Part shown: positions 1-8,657 of the stretch, in pieces
Layout: each line of letters opens with the position of its first letter
Numbering within the stretch: the stretch's first letter is position 1
From: a virus
Taxonomy: Duplodnaviria > Caudoviricetes
Strand: one strand, 5' to 3'
DNA length: 64,000 nucleotides
IMG/VR virus record: IMGVR_UViG_3300017755_000003
Span: 20,218-84,217 of that record
Notes under the pieces: model-generated
Database searches by the model: none
What the model was told of the DNA's origin: nothing
What the model saw: the letters and a program-made list of their open reading frames with translations, nothing else
Program-made: the position numbers and the translations under genes

Positions 1-3000
1 TTAGTATTAAGTTCAGCACAGAGTTTAACTAACGATGTTGCTTTATCTTTCAACACATCATACAGAACAGGTGATGTTGTTAGAGTTGGTGGTTACACAT
101 ATCTTGCAATAGCAGATACAACAGGTAACAGACCACCAAACGCAAGTTACTGGGAAAAACTTAACGAAGGTATTAACTGGAGAGACAGTTGGACTAACGC
201 AACTTACTATGACGTAGGTGATGCTGTTAGAGGTATTAACAACGTTAACTCTTATATTTGTGTAACTGCACATACATCAGATCAAACTTCTGCACAGAAC
301 AGACCAGATCAAGATGTTGACGGTAGTGAATGGAAATTAATTTCAGGTGGTGCTGAGTCAGGCAACTTAACAACTGCTGGTGACTTATTGTACTACGGTG
401 GATCAGGACCAGCTAGATTACCAGTAGGTATTGCAGGACAGGTATTAAAAGTAAATGACGCCGGGAATGCTCCGGAATGGTCATATTTTGGACAAGTAGA
501 TCAAGTTTATTATGTAAGTCCAGCAGGTAAAGATGAAGCGGCACCAGGATATGGTGTTACTATTGACAAACCTTGGAAAACATTAAGACATAGTTTACGT
601 GAAATTAAACGTGGACCAAGAAATCCAATTCTAGCAGATATTTTAACAAGAAACAAACACTTTATCCAAGTTGAAGCAGGTAAAGAATATCCAGCTTACC
701 AAATTGCAAATGCAGGTGGTAGTGGTATTTGGAACGGCTTTACTTTTGACAATGCAAAATGTCAAAGAGATATGGGATTAATCACTGACGCAATCATACA
801 TGATTTAAGACATGGTGGTAATGAGCGTTCAAGAGAGATGGCACAGGCATACTTTAGCACAGGTGGTGCTTCATATGTTGCAGGACAAGAAGCAAATACA
901 GTAGAAGTTATTAATTACGCAAATACAATGATGCAGAGAATTGCACAGAACTTAACTGTTACAACAAATTACCAAGCATTAAACGGTATTGCCGTAAACG
1001 CAAGAGTATTACAATATACTTCAGCTCTATCACCAGAGACTGGAAATACAACAATAATTGCGGCCTTACTTGCTACTATTACAGAAGTTATTACAGCAGG
1101 AAACTTAACAGGATTAAATCCTAAAGTAAAACCAAACACAACATTATTTGTTAAAACAGGAAAATTTACAGAAGTACTTCCGTTGATTGTACCGGCAGAT
1201 ACAGCAGTTGTTGGTGACGAATTACGTTCAACAGAGATTGGTGTATACCCAACAGGTATAACAGGAACAAATGATGCTACACTTTCAATGGCGGCTTTAA
1301 CTAGAATCAAAGCTGTTATGAGTGATTTAATTTTAGGTAACGCAATTACAAAAACACCAGCAGGTGCAATGGTTAAAGTTGATACTTTTAGTGCCGCTGA
1401 CGCAAGTAGAACACAAGGTAGCTACACAGGTGTTGCAGGAGCAAGTGCAGGATCAGGAACAGTTGGTACGTTTGACGTAACTGTTGATGCAAATGGTGCC
1501 GTAACAGCAGTAACAGTTGTTACTGGTGGATCAGGACACGTACTTAACGATACAATTACAATTAACGACTCAGTACTAGGTGGCGGAGGCGGAGCAAACT
1601 TTACTTGTGACGTTTCGGAGATTGCCGCAGGTAATACACAAACACAAAATGATGCTTTACCAGATGGTGATGCAACAGCAGTAACTACTATGACTGGTTT
1701 AATTGATGATATCACTAACAAAATTAACTTTGGTGTAAACGGTGTAGGTTCAGACATTGTTGTAACAGGACAAACTACAACGAATGCTAGAGCAGGCGAT
1801 GTTTATGCTAGAGGTACTTTGTATGCTAACTTAGACTTTATCATTGAAGAAGGTCAAGAATATATTAAAGCAAACAATACAAAAATGTACATGGAGAAAG
1901 AAGCAACATATGGTTCTACTCACGGTGCAAAATGTAAAGACGATTTAAAACGTTACATAGAAGCTATATTAGATGATGTAAGAGATTACGGAAACTACAA
2001 TTCAGTATTAGCGGCAAGATATCTAGTAAATGCGATCCAAGGATCTAATTTAGAAGATATGTTCTACATGGAAAACGGTACTGGTTTAAGAAACTGTACT
2101 GTTAAAGGATTATCAGGAACATTAGGTAGTGCAAACGCATATGGATCTAAACGTCCAACAGCAGGTGCTTTTGTTTCACTTAACCCAAGTTGGGGACCAG
2201 CAGATACAAGAGCTTGGATATCAACACGTTCACCATACGTACAAAACGTAACAACTTTTGGTACAAAATGTGTTGGAATGAAAGTTGATGGAGATATACA
2301 CGCAGGTGGTAACGATTCGATCGTTGCTAACGACTTTACACAGATCTTAGATCAAGGTATTGGTGCTTGGGTAACTAACTTAGGTAGAGCAGAGCTTGTT
2401 TCCGTGTTCTCATACTACGGACACATTGGATACCTAGCAGAAAACGGCGGAAAAATTAGAGGAACCAACGGTAACAGTTCATATGGTGACTTTGGTTGTG
2501 TTGCAGAAGGTGTTGATTTAACAGAATCACCAATTGAAGCATTTGTTGATAACAGATCATTTGATGCACTTGTAGGTGCAACTATAACTGATAACAATAA
2601 TATCATTGCAATAGAATATCAAAATGCAGGAAGAGATTACACACCATCCACAACAACAATTAGTTTCAGTGGTGACGGTTATGGTATAACAGGATTAACT
2701 CCTGTTGTAGTAACAGGTGGTTTAATGGAAGTTAGAATGACAGGTGACGCTACAACATTTGGTGGCGCTGATTACAAAACTGCAACTAACACTCCACAGG
2801 CAGGTACCGCAACAGAAATTACTTTATCCAACACTGACGTGGCGTTAAGTGCGGCGTATGTTGGAATGGCAGTATTCATTACAGGTGGTAAAGGTGCTGG
2901 ACAGTATGGTTATGTTAACACATACAACGCAGGTACTAAAGTTGCTACAATTAAAAAATATTCAGACAACAGTGATGGTTGGGAACAAATTGTAAGTGGT

Positions 3001-4872
3001 AGAGCTATTGAAGCCGCGTTAGACAACACAACAGTTTATAGTGTTGAGCCAAGAGTTGTTGTACAGGCTCCAGGAAATGATGGATCAACAGCAACATCAA
3101 CTGCATTATGTAGAGCCAAAGTTGCAGATGGAAAAATTAGTGAAGTAAGAATTATCCACCCAGGAAGTTCTTATACAACTGCACCAACAGTAACATTTAC
3201 AGATCCTAACAATACAGCAGATGCTCCATTAGAAACATTTGTTGGTGATGGTGTATTAGCACAACCGGCATTTACTTCAAGAGGTACAGGTTGGACAACT
3301 TTAAGTGCAACTATTGAAGATGTAGGTCAAGAAAAAGATATCACAGGTGTTACCTTTACTGCTAATCCTTATGCAGAAATATTATTAACTGCAAACAAAG
3401 AATATATTGCAGATGAAACAGTGGCTTGGATTAACAATAAGATTGCTACAGAACCAAACTCAACTACTTGGGGTGGATTTATTTACGATTCAGTTAAGTG
3501 TGAAAGAGATACTAAACTAATCATTGACGCTATGTTACATGATATTAAGTTTGGTGGAACTAGAGAAACACTTAAGGCGGCTAAGGCTTACTGGATTGGT
3601 ACACAATCACAAGTAACTGGACAACAAACACAAACAGTATTATCATTGTTACAAGCAAAAGTAATTATTAATGATTACGTAATGGATAATGCGGCTTACA
3701 CTTCTTTACAGTCAGTAACTTCACAAACTACAAACAGTAACAATGGTGAAGCGGCGGCACAAACTAAAGTTGCAGAATTGTTTGCACTTATAACTGAAGT
3801 AATTAATAACGGTTTAGGTGCGGCAGATAGTTTCCCAGCAGGACCTGGTGTGGTTAACTTAACAGTTGCAACACATAACTTGTTAGACAGAACAAAAATT
3901 TCAATTAAAGAAGTTGGTGGTACAACACAGATTAATGCAAACAACTATTATGTAAAAGTTATTGATGCAAATACTTTACAACTTTATATTGATAAAGATT
4001 TATTATTCCCAGCAGTACTTACAACTGGAACAGCTTATAGTTCAGGTGGTAAGATTACATTTGGTGCTGGTTACAGAGATGCAAAACAATCTGGAAAATA
4101 TGTACAGGTTGAAGGTATGTTAGCCATACCACAAGCGGGTGCTAACGTAGTACTTGCTGATCAGCCAAACATATTCTTTAAACTTGTTAGTGTTACGAAC
4201 TTGACAGGGTCAGGACCATACGCGGCACTATTACAAATTTCACCAGATCAAGAAATTGACAATGCACCAGCACATGGTGTAAAAGTTGAGATGAGAATTA
4301 GATATTCACAGGTACGTTTGACAGGACATGACTTCCTAGATATTGGTACAGGTGGATTTACTACAACAAATTATCCTGGAACACCAACTATACCATCAGA
4401 TCCATTAGATGAAGCAGTTACTGGTGGAGGCGGAAGAGTATTCTTTACGTCAACTGACCAAGATGGTAACTTTAGAGTTGGTGGATTGTTCAACGTTGAA
4501 CAGGCAACTGGTATTGCTACCCTAAATGCTGATGCATTTAGTATTTCAGGATTACAAGAACTACAGCTTGGTAGTGTTGCATTAGGTGGAACAGGTGCTA
4601 CAATTAACGAGTTTAGTACAGATGGAACATTTACAGCAAATAGTGATAGCATTGTGCCAACACAGAAGGCAATTAAGACATATATTACCTCCCAAATTGG
4701 TGGCGGTGCTTCAGAATTGAACGTAAATACAGTTACAGCTGGTGTAGTACATATTAGCGGAAACACGATTACAACAACGACGGCGGTTCCGATAAATATA
4801 ACTGCAACAATGAACTTTACTGGTGGTATTAGTGGATCACCGGTAGCGATGCAACAATTTATATTGAGTTAA
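1..4872 (+). CDS. Giant tail/virion structural protein, 5' end outside the window. Contains CBM5/12-like repeats, a beta-helix-like core and three phycobiliprotein-like helical domains
   Basis: Frame 1 is open from base 1 (LVLSSAQ...YRTGDVVRVGGYTY...WTNATYYDVGDAV) into the listed 388..4872 ORF. YYVSPAGKD...KPWKTL...VKTGKFTE..P..VP....VVGDELRST resembles a beta-helix start. Thr/Gly/Ala-rich, located in a structural cluster. Confidence 0.8.
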   Translation, partial: LVLSSAQSLTNDVALSFNTSYRTGDVVRVGGYTYLAIADTTGNRPPNASYWEKLNEGINWRDSWTNATYYDVGDAVRGINNVNSYICVTAHTSDQTSAQNRPDQDVDGSEWKLISGGAESGNLTTAGDLLYYGGSGPARLPVGIAGQVLKVNDAGNAPEWSYFGQVDQVYYVSPAGKDEAAPGYGVTIDKPWKTLRHSLREIKRGPRNPILADILTRNKHFIQVEAGKEYPAYQIANAGGSGIWNGFTFDNAKCQRDMGLITDAIIHDLRHGGNERSREMAQAYFSTGGASYVAGQEANTVEVINYANTMMQRIAQNLTVTTNYQALNGIAVNARVLQYTSALSPETGNTTIIAALLATITEVITAGNLTGLNPKVKPNTTLFVKTGKFTEVLPLIVPADTAVVGDELRSTEIGVYPTGITGTNDATLSMAALTRIKAVMSDLILGNAITKTPAGAMVKVDTFSAADASRTQGSYTGVAGASAGSGTVGTFDVTVDANGAVTAVTVVTGGSGHVLNDTITINDSVLGGGGGANFTCDVSEIAAGNTQTQNDALPDGDATAVTTMTGLIDDITNKINFGVNGVGSDIVVTGQTTTNARAGDVYARGTLYANLDFIIEEGQEYIKANNTKMYMEKEATYGSTHGAKCKDDLKRYIEAILDDVRDYGNYNSVLAARYLVNAIQGSNLEDMFYMENGTGLRNCTVKGLSGTLGSANAYGSKRPTAGAFVSLNPSWGPADTRAWISTRSPYVQNVTTFGTKCVGMKVDGDIHAGGNDSIVANDFTQILDQGIGAWVTNLGRAELVSVFSYYGHIGYLAENGGKIRGTNGNSSYGDFGCVAEGVDLTESPIEAFVDNRSFDALVGATITDNNNIIAIEYQNAGRDYTPSTTTISFSGDGYGITGLTPVVVTGGLMEVRMTGDATTFGGADYKTATNTPQAGTATEITLSNTDVALSAAYVGMAVFITGGKGAGQYGYVNTYNAGTKVATIKKYSDNSDGWEQIVSGRAIEAALDNTTVYSVEPRVVVQAPGNDGSTATSTALCRAKVADGKISEVRIIHPGSSYTTAPTVTFTDPNNTADAPLETFVGDGVLAQPAFTSRGTGWTTLSATIEDVGQEKDITGVTFTANPYAEILLTANKEYIADETVAWINNKIATEPNSTTWGGFIYDSVKCERDTKLIIDAMLHDIKFGGTRETLKAAKAYWIGTQSQVTGQQTQTVLSLLQAKVIINDYVMDNAAYTSLQSVTSQTTNSNNGEAAAQTKVAELFALITEVINNGLGAADSFPAGPGVVNLTVATHNLLDRTKISIKEVGGTTQINANNYYVKVIDANTLQLYIDKDLLFPAVLTTGTAYSSGGKITFGAGYRDAKQSGKYVQVEGMLAIPQAGANVVLADQPNIFFKLVSVTNLTGSGPYAALLQISPDQEIDNAPAHGVKVEMRIRYSQVRLTGHDFLDIGTGGFTTTNYPGTPTIPSDPLDEAVTGGGGRVFFTSTDQDGNFRVGGLFNVEQATGIATLNADAFSISGLQELQLGSVALGGTGATINEFSTDGTFTANSDSIVPTQKAIKTYITSQIGGGASELNVNTVTAGVVHISGNTITTTTAVPINITATMNFTGGISGSPVAMQQFILS

Positions 4873-4886
4873 AAGGAGACTAAATT

Positions 4887-5207
4887 ATGGCCACAGGAAG
4901 ATTAGGACACGCAGATTTGGCGGCGGCTACAGATACTTCTCTTTACACTTGTCCAACTAACACTTTTTCAATTGTTACTTGTTCAATATGTAACAGAGGG
5001 AATGCGGCTGTGTCAGTTAGAATTGCGGTTGCTAGTGCGGGAACACCCGTAAACAGCGAATACATTGAGTATGATGTAGAGTTGTTACCCAAAGGGGTAT
5101 TAGAAAGATCAGGTATTGCATTGGCGGCAGGGCAAATACTTGTAGTATACTCGAGTGCCGTTAACGTAAGTGCTGTAGCGATGGGCATTGAAACATCAAC
5201 AGCATAG
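4887..5207 (+). CDS. Small putative virion structural protein
   Basis: 106-aa ORF with AGGAG SD, beta-rich composition, in the tail cluster. Confidence 0.65.
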   Translation: MATGRLGHADLAAATDTSLYTCPTNTFSIVTCSICNRGNAAVSVRIAVASAGTPVNSEYIEYDVELLPKGVLERSGIALAAGQILVVYSSAVNVSAVAMGIETSTA

Positions 5208-5231
5208 ATAAATACATAAAAGGAAGATAAA

Positions 5232-5564
5232 ATGGGAAGATATATATCAACAACTGGAACTGCAAGTAGTGTTATCCGTAACGTAAGTACTACTTTCACT
5301 GCCACGGTTAATGATCGTATTCTTGCTAACTCATCAGGTGGAGCATTTACAGTGACTCTACCATTAAACAGTTCTTTACTGGTTAATGATGTAGTTCAAA
5401 TCGTCGACGTAACGGGTTCGTTTAACACAAACAACGTAACATTAAGTCGTAACGGTAGTAAGATTCAGAATTTAAGCGAGGACTTGGTGCTAGACATTAA
5501 CAATATTGCGGTTACAATGATTTATACTGGATCAACCTACGGTTGGATTATTTCAGGAACGTAA
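5232..5564 (+). CDS. Tail fibre/baseplate-type beta domain protein (resembles T4 gp34 N-terminal/gp9-gp10-type repeats)
   Basis: Pattern FTVTLP...ND.VQIVD..G.F.TNN.T..RNG.KI....EDL.LD......IY...YGW; upstream GATAAATA and AGGA. Confidence 0.6.
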   Translation: MGRYISTTGTASSVIRNVSTTFTATVNDRILANSSGGAFTVTLPLNSSLLVNDVVQIVDVTGSFNTNNVTLSRNGSKIQNLSEDLVLDINNIAVTMIYTGSTYGWIISGT

Positions 5565-5579
5565 GAGAGGAAACAAATT

Positions 5580-6320
5580 ATGGCAAACCTCAGAGTATTA
5601 ATGGGAGACCAAATAGAAGGTGCTTCAGTACCAACGAAGTTTTACTACGTCTATAATAATAATAGAGGTATTAACAACGGTGGCTGTTGCTGTCTATGGA
5701 CTGTACCAGCGTCAATTAAGAATGTGACGTTTGAATTATGGGGCGCAGGAGCGGCGGGAGCCGGTGCTTGTTGCTGTATGTGGAGTTCACAAAACGCAGG
5801 CGGTGGATCTTATTCAATAAGATCAGTGAACACTACACCAGGATGCCAATATACAATTTGTGCGGCAGGTAACGGAAACTGTTGCGAAAGAGATTGCTTG
5901 GGATATGATGGATCAACTTCATTTGTAAGTGGTTCAGGTATTTCAACAACGTGTGCTAGAGGTGGATGTACAGGAAGAACAAACTGTCATGCTCACTATG
6001 CCTACAACTGTTGCTTTGGTTGTTCTTGTATTTCAGGAGGAACACAAGGTGACTTTAGATTAGGACACTCTAGAAACGCACCACTACATACACATTATTG
6101 TCACAACCAAATGTGGGATTATGTAAGTGGACCACCAAAAGGTGGAATGACTAGACACGGCAAAGATTACTGCGGTAAGCCGATGACGTGTTCGGGTTGT
6201 GGATGGGGATGTGCTCAACCATATCCAGGAGACGGAGGCTTTAACGGAACATCATGCGGTGGTGGTTGCTGTTGGGGTCACTGGGGTTCTGGAGGAATGG
6301 TAAAAGTATCATACAGTTAA
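5580..6320 (+). CDS. Cys/Gly-rich protein, paralog 1 (putative fibre-tip glycine-rich domain)
   Basis: About 26 Cys in 246 aa; CCCLWTVP..FELWGAG..G.G.CCC, ends G.GG.V.V.Y. Confidence 0.75.
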   Translation: MANLRVLMGDQIEGASVPTKFYYVYNNNRGINNGGCCCLWTVPASIKNVTFELWGAGAAGAGACCCMWSSQNAGGGSYSIRSVNTTPGCQYTICAAGNGNCCERDCLGYDGSTSFVSGSGISTTCARGGCTGRTNCHAHYAYNCCFGCSCISGGTQGDFRLGHSRNAPLHTHYCHNQMWDYVSGPPKGGMTRHGKDYCGKPMTCSGCGWGCAQPYPGDGGFNGTSCGGGCCWGHWGSGGMVKVSYS

Positions 6321-6352
6321 ACATATGACTAAATACAAAGGAAGAAGATAAA

Positions 6353-7048
6353 ATGGCTACAGAAATTACAAAAACATTTACATATGATATCCCCGACGAG
6401 TATTTGGCTCAAACAAACTCGAACGGAGATACCGCTACAGCATCATATACAGGACCAGACAAATTGTATGTGTTCGTAGATGAAGCAACAAACAAGAATA
6501 CAGACGCTCAACAACCACCTGATGAAGATTTTCATTACAATCCAAGTACAGATACAGCACCAGACGGTGAACGTATTGTAGAACTTGATTGTGCAGGTGC
6601 AGATACTTTAATGTGTGCTATATTTTTACCACACGCAGTAACTATTGCACAAGAGCAAGTAACAGTTGCACTACCAACAGGTTATGGAAACTATCAGAAT
6701 CCGTGGCCACCATATCCAGATCACGCATATGAGAGAACACTTTCTACTCATGATATAGGAACTGGTGATTGGACATTGACATGGAAACAACCATGGCAAA
6801 CTTGGGCAACATTGATTACGTTAAGAAACGATCGTCTAGATGCAACTGATTCAAAAGTTGCTAGTGATTCACCGGATGCTATTAAGCAACCGTGGATCGA
6901 CTTTAGACAAAAATTAAGAGATATTCCGGTTACATGGAAAAAAGGTGAATCAGATGAGTATCCAGCACACATGGTTAAGTTTCCAGAAGAACCAGTTGTG
7001 GGCGGATTTGCTGAACCACCCGCTGACGATGGCGTAGGAATAGGATAA
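6353..7048 (+). CDS. Tail fibre assembly chaperone-like protein
   Basis: C-terminal LRNDRLDATD...W.DFRQKLRDIP...FPEEP is typical of phage tail assembly chaperones. Confidence 0.7.
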   Translation: MATEITKTFTYDIPDEYLAQTNSNGDTATASYTGPDKLYVFVDEATNKNTDAQQPPDEDFHYNPSTDTAPDGERIVELDCAGADTLMCAIFLPHAVTIAQEQVTVALPTGYGNYQNPWPPYPDHAYERTLSTHDIGTGDWTLTWKQPWQTWATLITLRNDRLDATDSKVASDSPDAIKQPWIDFRQKLRDIPVTWKKGESDEYPAHMVKFPEEPVVGGFAEPPADDGVGIG

Positions 7049-7063
7049 TAGGAGAGTAAACTA

Positions 7064-7834
7064 ATGTCTGCATTAAGATCTTTACTTCAACTAGGGGGCA
7101 ACGAAACGGCATTGTCGTTACGTACTGTGTATGTCTATCATACTAGTATGGATACAACACGTAATAGTAACCCAGGTTGCTGTTGTTTATGGACAGCATC
7201 ATCAGATGTGAAGTGGGCGGCTTTTGAGACATGGGGAGCAGGCGGAGACGGCGGCGGAGGCTGTTGTTGTATGGCTGGATTCCCTGGAGGTTCAGGATCC
7301 TACGGAAGAAAAATTGCAGAAATTACACCAGGTGCAGGATTTACCTTATGTGCAGGATCGGCGGGTTGCTGTCGTCCAGTAATGGGTTGTACAGGTTGTG
7401 GTAGTTATGCTTGTTCAGGTACTGGTTGCTGTGACGGAAGTTACTTCTGTTTATGCTCATCAGGAGGTGGATATGGTTGTGCTACTTGCGGATTTGGAAC
7501 TGCATGGGGCGGACATTGTGGATGTCCTAACTACGTATGTGGTTGTGTAAAAGGAGCAGATTTTAGTATTTGTGGATTCAACGGTGGTGGAGCAGGAACA
7601 TCTATGTGTTCTAGTTCATCATGGGAGAATATGACATCAGCACCATACGGCGGACAAAGTGCTAGAATGTCAAGAGATAATTGTTATAAAACACACGGTC
7701 GTGATAGTGACGGACCAGCTGACTTCCCAGGAGGAGGCGGTGGTACACTACACACTCATAACGGTACTTGTTACTGTGGTGGACCGGGAGCAGGCGGATT
7801 AGTAGTAGTTTACTATCAATCCGACATAGGATAA
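7064..7834 (+). CDS. Cys/Gly-rich protein, paralog 2
   Basis: About 27 Cys in 256 aa; CCCLWTA..FETWGAGGDGGGGCCC...FPGGGG...GAGGLVVVYY. Confidence 0.75.
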   Translation: MSALRSLLQLGGNETALSLRTVYVYHTSMDTTRNSNPGCCCLWTASSDVKWAAFETWGAGGDGGGGCCCMAGFPGGSGSYGRKIAEITPGAGFTLCAGSAGCCRPVMGCTGCGSYACSGTGCCDGSYFCLCSSGGGYGCATCGFGTAWGGHCGCPNYVCGCVKGADFSICGFNGGGAGTSMCSSSSWENMTSAPYGGQSARMSRDNCYKTHGRDSDGPADFPGGGGGTLHTHNGTCYCGGPGAGGLVVVYYQSDIG

Positions 7835-7847
7835 GGGGAGTATATAA

Positions 7848-8648
7848 ATGGCAAGTTTAAGATCTTTTGTACCAGGCTATGATACAGGCGTTAAGGCTCC
7901 TCAAGCATTTACAGTAAGTTATGCTTGGAATTATGACCATAACGAAGCATGGCCAAGACAAGCTAGAGGCGTACCACCAAGTTCAAGATTTTGTTGTAAT
8001 AACAACGGTGGAAAATGTTGCTTATTTACAATTCCTTCAGGAAGTAGTTTTGCAGTATTTGAAATGTGGGGCGGTGGAGCATCAGGCGTAGGCGGATGTT
8101 GCTGTATGCAAGGTATGCCAGCTGACTCAGGTGGATATGCTATTAAATCAACAAACGTAACAGCAGGTGATCAATTCACAATTTGTGCAGGTAGATCAGG
8201 ATGTTGTTTATATGCAGGTAATAACTATGCAGGACATAACAGCTTTGTTATGGGAACACCAACAGGTGCTTCATGTTTCTGTGCAGTAGCTTGTGGTGGA
8301 TACTGTAGTAACTGTACTCACTGTCATGGTTACTTTAGTTGTTATGGTTGCTGTATGAACTGTTACAACTGTCAAATTCAACCTAATAACGTTGACTTTG
8401 GTATTGCAAGTTACACAGGTTCTTCACAAAGATCACAGCATTGTGGAGACAGAGGACTACAATTTACACCGGTTGCGCCAATGGCACAATCAGGACCAAG
8501 AATAGGACCAAACGGTTGTTGTACACGTGGAGGTGACCAATTTGGATCATGGCCAGGTGGAGGTGGAGTACACGGATCACCATACGGTGGTGGATGTTGT
8601 TGTGGATCACCAGGTGCCGAAGGTGCTGTTTATGTGGTATACTACTAG
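7848..8648 (+). CDS. Cys/Gly-rich protein, paralog 3
   Basis: About 27 Cys in 266 aa; CCLFTIP..FEMWGGGASGVGGCCC...WPGGGG...CCCGSPGAEGAVYVVYY. Confidence 0.75.
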   Translation: MASLRSFVPGYDTGVKAPQAFTVSYAWNYDHNEAWPRQARGVPPSSRFCCNNNGGKCCLFTIPSGSSFAVFEMWGGGASGVGGCCCMQGMPADSGGYAIKSTNVTAGDQFTICAGRSGCCLYAGNNYAGHNSFVMGTPTGASCFCAVACGGYCSNCTHCHGYFSCYGCCMNCYNCQIQPNNVDFGIASYTGSSQRSQHCGDRGLQFTPVAPMAQSGPRIGPNGCCTRGGDQFGSWPGGGGVHGSPYGGGCCCGSPGAEGAVYVVYY

Positions 8649-8657
8649 GATATAATT

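Noticed and set aside
388-390. TTG start given for the 1494-aa ORF
   Set aside because: The frame is open to base 1 with continuous CBM-like repeats, so the true start is upstream of the window
5580-8648. Diversity-generating retroelement targeting the Cys-rich paralogs
   Set aside because: No reverse transcriptase and no near-identical template/variable repeat pair differing at adenines was seen
5580-8648. Alternative genetic code explaining the Cys excess
   Set aside because: The Cys are ordinary TGT/TGC codons, genes are intact under code 11, and TAA, TAG and TGA all serve as stops in the window
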